NCBI GenBank assembly: GCA_049424145.1
Contig: JBMSSC010000063.1
Location: forward strand, 1 to 14,967
Source of the DNA: Bdellovibrionia bacterium
GTDB taxonomy: Bacteria > Bdellovibrionota > UBA1018
Direction: 5' to 3'
Length of the DNA: 14,967 bases
The translations under genes were made by a program, and so were the position numbers. Positions 8,368 through 14,967 of the stretch are shown one piece after another (position 1 is the stretch's first letter; each line of letters starts with the position of its first letter). Below the pieces are notes generated by a model. The model worked only from the letters and a program-made list of their open reading frames with translations. It did no database searches and had not been told where the DNA came from.

Positions 8368-9108
8368 ATGAAATCAAAAAAGAGCTTAGCGGTTGTTATG
8401 ACCCTATCAAGTTTAGGATCCATTCTGAGTGCCTGTGGTGGTGCAACCCCTCAGACCATGCCTCCGGCCATGTTTTCCGCCCCTCAGTTTAATCCCAATG
8501 GGACTCAAATGACTCTTCCATCCGGATGCATTCCATTGACTCAACCTATCCAGTTTTCTGCGACAGGCATGTTCAGTGATCCATCCACGGCATTAGCAGG
8601 AGCCATCCCCTACAATGACACTCTATTCTATGGCAATCGGATAGGAGGAGCTGCCAATCAAGCTTTCGGAACTATCACTCCCTCAGGAGCACTCATCACT
8701 GCACCTCCTGCAGGGGCAGCTCTGAGCGTGAGTACGGCAGGCTCTCCCACTCCAAGACCGGATGGCAGCTTAACCATGAACATCTTCCCATCCGTAGGCA
8801 CTGCATTACCCATGAACTACACTGGACTTGCTAATGCCACGGGAACCATCACCATCAGCCCCCAGAAACTCACCGTGATCTACGGTCTATTTGGCTTAAG
8901 CTACCCGAACACAACAACAAGCTACAACGGCTCGTTGACCAACTATTTTGGTGGTTCTTTTTTGCCTACAGGAGGAAGCTTCACCACCCAACAACCCTGT
9001 GTGAGCGGTGTGTCCATCAGCATGACCCGTTTTAACAACGTCTTTGGAGCAGGACGTGTGTATCTCTACCTGAACAACACCCGAAACGGAGCGTACCTTC
9101 AGTTCTAA
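8368..9108 (+). CDS. Hypothetical lipoprotein (T/G/S/P/N-rich)
   Basis: Strong SD GGAGGT at 8356-8361. Basic N-terminus MKSKKS, hydrophobic stretch, lipobox LSA-C23. Followed by a terminator-like hairpin. Confidence 0.85.
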   Translation: MKSKKSLAVVMTLSSLGSILSACGGATPQTMPPAMFSAPQFNPNGTQMTLPSGCIPLTQPIQFSATGMFSDPSTALAGAIPYNDTLFYGNRIGGAANQAFGTITPSGALITAPPAGAALSVSTAGSPTPRPDGSLTMNIFPSVGTALPMNYTGLANATGTITISPQKLTVIYGLFGLSYPNTTTSYNGSLTNYFGGSFLPTGGSFTTQQPCVSGVSISMTRFNNVFGAGRVYLYLNNTRNGAYLQF

Positions 9109-9111
9109 GAA

Positions 9112-9142
9112 GAAAAAGGAGAAAGGCCCGAGCCTTTCTTCT
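9112..9142. terminator. Probable intrinsic terminator, possibly bidirectional
   Basis: AGAAAGGC-ccga-GCCTTTCT (9120-9139), 12 nt after the lipoprotein stop. Pyrimidine run on the 3' side and A-run on the 5' side. Confidence 0.6.
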
Positions 9143-9301
9143 GAAAGCTAAGGGATCCTTCCTCCATCCCCCCCCTCTCAAACAACGCCTCCACCCCCAC
9201 TTAAAAAAGCCGGGTGGGGGTTCACAGACGGCAAACGCCGAGGGGGGAGCACCTCCACAAAGAGGGGTCCTTTTTCGCTTCAAGTGTGCTAAAAGACGGG
9301 G

Positions 9302-9985
9302 ATGAATTCATGGAATGAGCAAATGCAACTGCTTTCAGTCGAGCTGGTTCCCTTTTTTATGGCCCTAGTGTTTCATGAGTATGCTCATGCCGCTATGGCT
9401 AACTACTGGGGAGATCGAACAGCCCAATCTCAAGGTCGCCTCACATTAAACCCCTTGCCGCACCTGGACCCCATTGGCTCGATTCTTTTTCCCATCCTGG
9501 GAATGCTCTCGGGCAGCTCGTTTTTATTTGCCTGGGCACGGCCCGTGCCGATTAATGAAAAGTACTTCCGCAAATTGAAGCCCGGGATCTTTTGGACGGC
9601 TCTGGCTGGACCTGCGATGAATTGGTTTTTGGCCCTCTGCTCGGCTGTGGTGTTTTGCCTTTTGGAGAAATGGCTCCCACCTACGTTTTTCTTGCATCAA
9701 CCCCTGATTCTGATGGCCTACATCTCGGTTCGTTTAAACTACACGCTCATGATTTTTAATCTCATTCCTTTGCCCCCCTTAGATGGAAGTAAAGTTTTAG
9801 AGGTTTTTCTGCCCTACGCATACCGAAGGCAATTTGAACAGATTTCTCAATACAGTTTTTTCATCTTTTTAGCGCTGATGATGACGGGGGCTTTTTCCAT
9901 CCTCCAATATCCTATTCGCTTTTTTACCGAATGGACGCTCATTCTCACCACGACCCTCTTTGGGGTCTCCTCAAGCGGAGTGTAA
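9302..9985 (+). CDS. Site-2 protease family (M50) intramembrane Zn metalloprotease
   Basis: HEYAH (HExxH), GRLTLNPLPHLDP, AGP, FNLIPLPPLDG, and several hydrophobic segments. Confidence 0.95.
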   Translation: MNSWNEQMQLLSVELVPFFMALVFHEYAHAAMANYWGDRTAQSQGRLTLNPLPHLDPIGSILFPILGMLSGSSFLFAWARPVPINEKYFRKLKPGIFWTALAGPAMNWFLALCSAVVFCLLEKWLPPTFFLHQPLILMAYISVRLNYTLMIFNLIPLPPLDGSKVLEVFLPYAYRRQFEQISQYSFFIFLALMMTGAFSILQYPIRFFTEWTLILTTTLFGVSSSGV

Positions 9986-9989
9986 CCTG

Positions 9990-10994
9990 ATGTCTGACGC
10001 AAAAAAAGTTCTCCTTTCAGCCATTCAACCCTCCAATCGCCTCACCTTAGGCAACTACTTGGGAGCGATTCGCAATTGGCTTGAACTTCAAAAAAACTAC
10101 GATTGCCTGTTCTTCGCTGGAGACCTGCACACCATTACCGTTCGCCAGAATCCCAGTGAGCTTCGTGAGCAGACCTACCGAATTGTGGCCACCTACCTGG
10201 CAGCAGGAATCGACCCCAACCACGCCACCCTCTTTCTGCAGTCTCACGTCCCTGAGCACTCGGAGCTGGCCTGGGTCTTAGGATGCTTTGCCTCCACCGG
10301 AGAGCTCAATCGCATGACCCAATTTAAGGATAAAAGCGCCAAGGAAAAAAACACCTCAGCGGGACTGTTGACTTACCCCCTCCTGATGGCAGCGGACATT
10401 CTGCTTTACCAAACTCACCTCGTCCCCGTGGGCGAAGATCAAAAGCAACACATTGAGCTCACCCGAGACTTAGCCCTCCGCTTAAATCACACCTATCAGA
10501 AACCCCTGTTTACCCTACCGGAAGCGTTTTCTCCAAAAATTGGCGCCCGCATCATGAGTCTGCAAAACCCCACAGCCAAAATGTCCAAGTCGGATCCCGA
10601 TCCCAATGGAGCGATCTATTTGACAGACACGGATGAACAGATTCTGAAGAAGATGAAGCGAGCCGTAACGGACTCAGGCCAGGAGATCACCGATGACCCA
10701 GCCAAACCGGGGATTCAAAACCTCATTCAGATCCAATCGGCCATCACGGGAAAAACCCCCGAGCAGGTAGTCGCGCATTACGCGGGCAAACAGTATGGAC
10801 ATCTGAAGCTTGAAACCGCAGAGCACGTCATTGAGCTCCTACGCCCCATCCGAACACGAACGGATGAACTACTGGGGGACCTCACTCACCTCGACACCAC
10901 TCTGAAAAAAGGGGCCCAAGAAGCTCGCCTTCGAGCACAAAAAACATTATCCGAAGTTTATCATACGATTGGGTTGGTAAAGGGACGATTTTGA
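9990..10994 (+). CDS. trpS: Tryptophan--tRNA ligase
   Basis: QPS..LTLGNYLG (HIGH equivalent), DLH, YPLLMAADIL, VPVGEDQKQHIEL, KMSKS. ATG 9990 (4 nt after the upstream stop) is preferred to 9960. Confidence 0.98.
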   Translation: MSDAKKVLLSAIQPSNRLTLGNYLGAIRNWLELQKNYDCLFFAGDLHTITVRQNPSELREQTYRIVATYLAAGIDPNHATLFLQSHVPEHSELAWVLGCFASTGELNRMTQFKDKSAKEKNTSAGLLTYPLLMAADILLYQTHLVPVGEDQKQHIELTRDLALRLNHTYQKPLFTLPEAFSPKIGARIMSLQNPTAKMSKSDPDPNGAIYLTDTDEQILKKMKRAVTDSGQEITDDPAKPGIQNLIQIQSAITGKTPEQVVAHYAGKQYGHLKLETAEHVIELLRPIRTRTDELLGDLTHLDTTLKKGAQEARLRAQKTLSEVYHTIGLVKGRF

Positions 10995-11036
10995 GTCAAA
11001 ATGGACCCACGAAAAACCAAAGCGGAGGACTTTTAA

Positions 11037-11876
11037 TTGGCTCATCGAGTACCCATCACCATTCACGTAGAAAGCTTTGAAGGTCCGCTTGACCTTCTCC
11101 TTTACCTGATTCAAAGCCATGAACTGGACATTTCCAAAGTCTCAATTGGTAAGATTACCGATCAGTACCTAGCTTACGTCACGTTACTTCAGGAGCTCAA
11201 CTTTGATGCAGCCAGTGAGTTTCTAGTCATGGCAGCAACCCTGCTCCACTGGAAGAGCAAAGCTCTTTTGCCCCAAGAAAATAAGGCAGGGGATGGGACA
11301 GCATCCGATGAGCCTGAAGCCCTCACTCAGGAGGAGCTGGTTCGCCAGCTCTTAGAGCATCAGCGATTTCTGGCCGCTGGGGAAACCTTAGGAGAGCTTC
11401 CCCTCTTAGGTCAGGACGTGTTTAGCCGGGCCAACGCCAAGCCGCCGGTGGAGAAAGTTTGGCGCGAGATGAACTTAACGGATCTCTCCATGGCCTATCA
11501 AGACATGATCATCCAATCTCGCAAGCGAACGCAAATTTTGAAAAAAGAAACGGTCTCGCTCACGGATAAGATCTTAGAATTTGGTCAAACGCTACCGCTT
11601 CACCAGTGGGTGGACATGAAAACGTTGATGCCTGAGTTTCCTGCGCGCCCAGAAATTGTGGTGACCTTTTTAGCAGGTCTGGAGCTCTCCCGACTCAAGA
11701 AGATGAGAATGCACCAAGAGGGCGCCTACCAAACCGTCTACTTGGAGCTAATTGACGATTTGAAGAACTTTGATACCCAACTGGCCTCAGGCTTCGATGC
11801 CATTGAGCGCTCCTTAGCCGCGCAAAAAGAGGCGCCCCCAAGCCCAGTGGCTCATGAACTGGCTCCAGGCGCGTAA
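11037..11876 (+). CDS. scpA: Segregation and condensation protein A (kleisin)
   Basis: FEGPLDLLLYLI, ITDQYL, EFLVMAATLL..KSKALLP, VVTFLAGLEL. TTG start with SD GGAGGA at 11024-11029. Confidence 0.96.
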   Translation: MAHRVPITIHVESFEGPLDLLLYLIQSHELDISKVSIGKITDQYLAYVTLLQELNFDAASEFLVMAATLLHWKSKALLPQENKAGDGTASDEPEALTQEELVRQLLEHQRFLAAGETLGELPLLGQDVFSRANAKPPVEKVWREMNLTDLSMAYQDMIIQSRKRTQILKKETVSLTDKILEFGQTLPLHQWVDMKTLMPEFPARPEIVVTFLAGLELSRLKKMRMHQEGAYQTVYLELIDDLKNFDTQLASGFDAIERSLAAQKEAPPSPVAHELAPGA

Positions 11877-11942
11877 GAAACAGGTTGATTCAAAGCGTTT
11901 TCAACTGATGACTGATTGATTTTTTTTAAGGAAACACCGAGC

Positions 11943-13415
11943 ATGAAAAAAAACAAAAAATCTAAAGCAAAAAAACTCGATGCCCTAAGCTCCATTGTGA
12001 CCTGGGTTGGGGATCCCTCTCATTTGAATACCAGCCCATCGGACTCTCTTTCAGAGGATTTAGGAGGTGAAGAGGACTTGGAAGAGCAAAGTCATGACGC
12101 GGAGAACTCGTTGGACTCATCGGTGAATGAACCGGAGGATTCAGAGGAGCTCGACTCCGAGCAAGACTTCAGCGACGAAGACCTCAGCCATGAGGAGACC
12201 CAGTCTGCTCCGTTTCTCAACCCTGAACCGATTGCATCCGAGGATCCCGAAACTAAATCAATTGACTCCTCTACCCTACCGACGTGGGATGAGGAGTCCT
12301 CTGAGCTTGAACTTCAAGCCCCCGAGGAAATCGAAGACCAGCTCAAGCGCCTCTCCAAAATCATTCAAACCCAAGCCCAGGAAGCCCTAGCTGAACAGGA
12401 AACCCTGGAAGCGTCCCTGCAATTTAATCCAGACGAGGAGCTGGCACGGCAAATTGCCGAGGACCAAGCTCTAGAGAACCAAGAACAGCTCGATCGAGCC
12501 CAAATCATGGGAGAGATCCAAACGGAGAGCTACGGAGAGGACCCCTTGTCTCAGATCGATCAGGCAAAATCCCCCGAGGAAACGGCGGTCGATCAAGCCG
12601 AGCTTCAATCCTGCATCGAGGCGCTCCTGTTTATTTCTGATAAACCTCTGCCTTTAGCCAAACTGCGAGAGTTCTTAAACCCCTCACTTGAGCTGGCTTG
12701 GTATGAACAAGCACTAGCTGAGATGCAGCAACGCTACTCCCAACTGTGCCACGGAATTGAGCTTCTGGAAGTTGGCGGAGGCTACCAGCTTCGCACCAAA
12801 CTGGCACGATCGGAGCTGGCTAAGAAACTCGTTAAAGTTCAGGCCCAAAAACTCTCCAGCGGAGCCATGGAGTCATTAGCCATCATTGCCTATAAACAGC
12901 CGGTCATGAAAGAAGAGATTGATAAGATTCGAGGCGTGGATTCCTCCTATTTTATTCGCGGGCTGATCGATAAAAAACTCATTAAAATCTCAGGCCGCTC
13001 TGAACTGCCAGGACGCCCCGTGCTCTATGCCACCACGCACGAGTTCTTAGAGCTCTTTGGACTGAAGGATCTCTCCAGCCTCCCCTCTCTGAAAGAGCTT
13101 GAGCAAATGATCCCCGCCTCCCAGACAAAGAACCCTCAGGATGAGGACCCCAAAGTGAAGGTGATGAGAAAAATGGTGAGCGAAATGAATCTGGACGGCT
13201 CAGGCGCCTTAAACTATGATCCCAAGGAGGACGATCGACTCCTCAAAGACTTCCGTGAGCGAGTCAGCTCGATTCCCTCTTCTACTCCGTACCTAGATGA
13301 GTTAAAAGCAGCAGAACTGCTCGCCAAACAACAACAAGATGAGGCTCGCCTGGCCCAAGCTCAAGCCCAAGCTCGTACCCAGAGTCAAGCCACTGCTCCT
13401 ATTTCTGAGCATTAA
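11943..13415 (+). CDS. scpB: SMC-Scp complex subunit ScpB with long acidic N-terminal and C-terminal extensions
   Basis: Core IEALLF...GGYQLRT...LSSGAMESLAIIAYKQPV..EIDKIRGV...PGRP.LYATT.EFLELFGL..L..LP at about 12600-13100. ATG 11943 with SD AAGGA (11928-11932) is preferred to TTG 11916. Confidence 0.94.
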   Translation: MKKNKKSKAKKLDALSSIVTWVGDPSHLNTSPSDSLSEDLGGEEDLEEQSHDAENSLDSSVNEPEDSEELDSEQDFSDEDLSHEETQSAPFLNPEPIASEDPETKSIDSSTLPTWDEESSELELQAPEEIEDQLKRLSKIIQTQAQEALAEQETLEASLQFNPDEELARQIAEDQALENQEQLDRAQIMGEIQTESYGEDPLSQIDQAKSPEETAVDQAELQSCIEALLFISDKPLPLAKLREFLNPSLELAWYEQALAEMQQRYSQLCHGIELLEVGGGYQLRTKLARSELAKKLVKVQAQKLSSGAMESLAIIAYKQPVMKEEIDKIRGVDSSYFIRGLIDKKLIKISGRSELPGRPVLYATTHEFLELFGLKDLSSLPSLKELEQMIPASQTKNPQDEDPKVKVMRKMVSEMNLDGSGALNYDPKEDDRLLKDFRERVSSIPSSTPYLDELKAAELLAKQQQDEARLAQAQAQARTQSQATAPISEH

Positions 13416-13456
13416 ATGAACCCCAGTTCCTTACCCCTGAAAGAGGTTTTAGTCCC

Positions 13457-14308
13457 ATGGCATTAGAACGAATTCAAAAAATCTTAGCACAAGCGGGAAT
13501 CGCGTCTCGCCGCAAAGCAGAACAACTCATCTCCGAAGGTGAGGTGACCCTCAATGGAAAAATTGCCAAGCTAGGTGATAAGGCAACCCCAGGGAAAGAT
13601 TCCATTAAAGTCATGGGAAAGCTTCTGCGCATGCCCCAGGAAAAGGTGTACTTGGCATTTAACAAGCCCAAAGCCGTCATTTGCAGTCTCGGCGACCCGC
13701 AGAACCGCCCGAACTTGGGCGACTACCTCCGTCAGCTCAACGTCCGCGTGTATCCGATCGGGCGATTGGACTTCAACAGTGAGGGACTCATCCTTCTGAC
13801 CAATGATGGAACTTTTGCTGAAAAGGTGCAAAAAAGCGATCACATCGCGCGCGTTTACGATGTCAAAGTCAAAGGCTTGCCCGATGAAGAAATGCTCTCG
13901 CGCATTCAACGCGGGGGAAAAATTACAACCCCTGGAGCCCCTCCATCCAAAGGATTTAAGCCTCATTCAGTCCGCCTGACCAAGAAGCTTGCGAATAAAT
14001 CGGTGATCCAAGTGGTGATCCTCGGAGGCGGAGCCATTGATGTGAAGGCATTTTTTGAAACCCGCGGGTTCTTAGTGGAGAAAGTCTCACGAACCGCGTT
14101 TGGGCATTTGACGCTGAAGAACTTACCTGCTGGCACGTTTAAACGACTCAAAGCCACTCAAGCCCTAGCCCTGCTCGAGCAACCCGAGTTGGCCATGCGG
14201 CGCTTAGAACAAGAAGCACAGACTCAGAAGACTCCGGCTTTGCGCAAAGCGCCTGCACCGCCCAAGCCTCTGGCGCGGCCTAAAAAGACGCTGAAATCCG
14301 TCTACTAA
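13457..14308 (+). CDS. rluB: RsuA/RluB-family rRNA pseudouridine synthase, divergent C-terminal motifs
   Basis: S4 domain ERIQKILAQAGIASRRKAE, NKP, GRLDFNSEGLILLTNDG with catalytic Asp. Conserved position after scpAB. The symbol rests on family and synteny. Confidence 0.85.
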   Translation: MALERIQKILAQAGIASRRKAEQLISEGEVTLNGKIAKLGDKATPGKDSIKVMGKLLRMPQEKVYLAFNKPKAVICSLGDPQNRPNLGDYLRQLNVRVYPIGRLDFNSEGLILLTNDGTFAEKVQKSDHIARVYDVKVKGLPDEEMLSRIQRGGKITTPGAPPSKGFKPHSVRLTKKLANKSVIQVVILGGGAIDVKAFFETRGFLVEKVSRTAFGHLTLKNLPAGTFKRLKATQALALLEQPELAMRRLEQEAQTQKTPALRKAPAPPKPLARPKKTLKSVY

Positions 14309-14346
14309 CAGGGCAAAAAATATTCTCGCCCCCGTGCATTCCATGC

Positions 14347-14375
14347 TTGCACGAAACCCAAAGGCGAAGTATAAC
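14347..14375 (+). promoter_or_regulatory. sigma70-type promoter for the tRNA
   Basis: TTGCAC (14347-14352), 17-nt spacer, TATAAC (14370-14375). Confidence 0.7.
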
Positions 14376-14506
14376 GGTTTTCATTGGAGCAAACAAAGTT
14401 TGCTTCAGAGTCAAAAAGCAGTAATCTTCCTTTTTTTAGAAGACGCATTATCCCTTCTGGGTCCTTCTTCTGAGACAATCTGAGATTCAGCTTGAGACGG
14501 TGATGT

Positions 14507-14583
<77 letters not shown>

Positions 14584-14597
14584 ATATAAAAAATAAG

Positions 14598-14633
14598 AAG
14601 GCTTAACGTTTTATTACGTTAGGCCTTTTTTTT
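14598..14633 (+). terminator. Rho-independent terminator of the tRNA
   Basis: 12-bp stem AAGGCTTAACGT / ACGTTAGGCCTT (one G-U pair) running into a T-tract. Confidence 0.88.
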
Positions 14634-14756
14634 CCTCCCAAAAAACTGAATCTAATTTTCTTCTGGAAAATCCGTTTTTTTTAGTTCCAACGATCTTCTT
14701 TTGCTCATCAGGCTCCTCACCCACCATCAACCGTGAAGAGCCGCTCCTCGAGACCT

Positions 14757-14782
14757 TAGATTCAAATCCGCGTCCAGCAACC
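14757..14782 (+). repeat. Degenerate direct repeat of the tRNA-fMet 3' end (att-like)
   Basis: TAGATTCAAATCCGCGTCCAGCAACC versus tRNA 14557-14582 TAGGTTCAAATCCTAGCCCCGCAACC: 21/26 identical, ungapped. Confidence 0.7.
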
Positions 14783-14835
14783 CATCTGAAACCTCTAAGA
14801 AACTCACAAGAAAAAAGGTCTCAGAGTTTTTTTAT

Positions 14836-14967
14836 CAAACATGCCGTAAAACCTCCTGGTTTAGCAGGAGGATATAAGGCATCCGAACTTGAGTTCGGCG
14901 TTCCTTTTTTGCTCCAATTAAGCGAAATCGAGTTTTCGTTCTTTGAAATTCAGATATACGGTTCGAG
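14836..14967 (+). mobile_element. Probable left end of an IS200/IS605-family element (continues beyond the window)
   Basis: TTAT|CAAACATGCCGTAAAA-CCTCCTG-gtttag-CAGGAGG-ATATAAGGCAT: subterminal 7-bp hairpin enclosed by ATGCC/GGCAT and preceded by TTAT. The pattern is recognised from IS200/IS605 ends. No transposase is visible in the window. Confidence 0.7.
14918..14967 (-). CDS. Possible 3' end of a gene entering from the right edge (...RTVYLNFKERKLDFA*)
   Basis: 15 open codons ending at TAA (14920-14918), followed on the minus strand by hairpins. Too short to identify. Confidence 0.35.
   Translation of the reverse strand, partial: RTVYLNFKERKLDFA

Noticed and set aside
9032..9283. 83-aa minus-strand ORF across the structured intergenic region
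   Set aside because: It overlaps the lipoprotein end, its sequence is dictated by G/C runs, and it has no RBS or motif.
9140..9301. T-box or Trp attenuator upstream of trpS; 6S or SRP RNA
   Set aside because: No T-box antiterminator bulge, no Trp leader peptide and no recognisable 6S/SRP conserved motifs. It is kept only as an unknown structured candidate.
11881..11907. Small inverted repeat GTTGA/TCAAC between scpA and scpB
   Set aside because: Short stem, long loop and no adjacent U-tract.
246..14157. Numerous 60-165 aa ORFs antisense or out of frame within the main genes (e.g. 2392-2886, 13571-13966, 12127-12390)
   Set aside because: They are shadows of well-supported genes, with no recognisable motifs or RBS.

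Overview
Bacterial chromosomal window, mostly housekeeping genes. The gene order site-2 protease-trpS-scpA-scpB-rluB and the strongly extended ScpB suggest a Bdellovibrionota/deltaproteobacterial-type genome (inference only). From left to right: a long coiled-coil protein that appears to lack its 5' end and overlaps pyk; mutS tail-to-tail with mutY; a divergent Amidase_3 cell-wall amidase; an orphan lipoprotein gene with a sigma54-type promoter (candidate enhancer palindrome, AT-rich spacer, -24/-12 box) flanked by two hairpin-rich intergenic regions; the S2P-trpS-scpA-scpB-rluB cluster; and an initiator tRNA-Met with its promoter and terminator. After the tRNA lie a degenerate copy of its 3' end (att-like scar) and a probable IS200/IS605-family left end that runs off the window. 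No complete novel multi-gene system is demonstrable. The best leads are the sigma54 lipoprotein unit, a RluB with a degenerate motif III, the very long ScpB, the structured RNA candidate upstream of the trpS cluster, and the mobile DNA at both edges.
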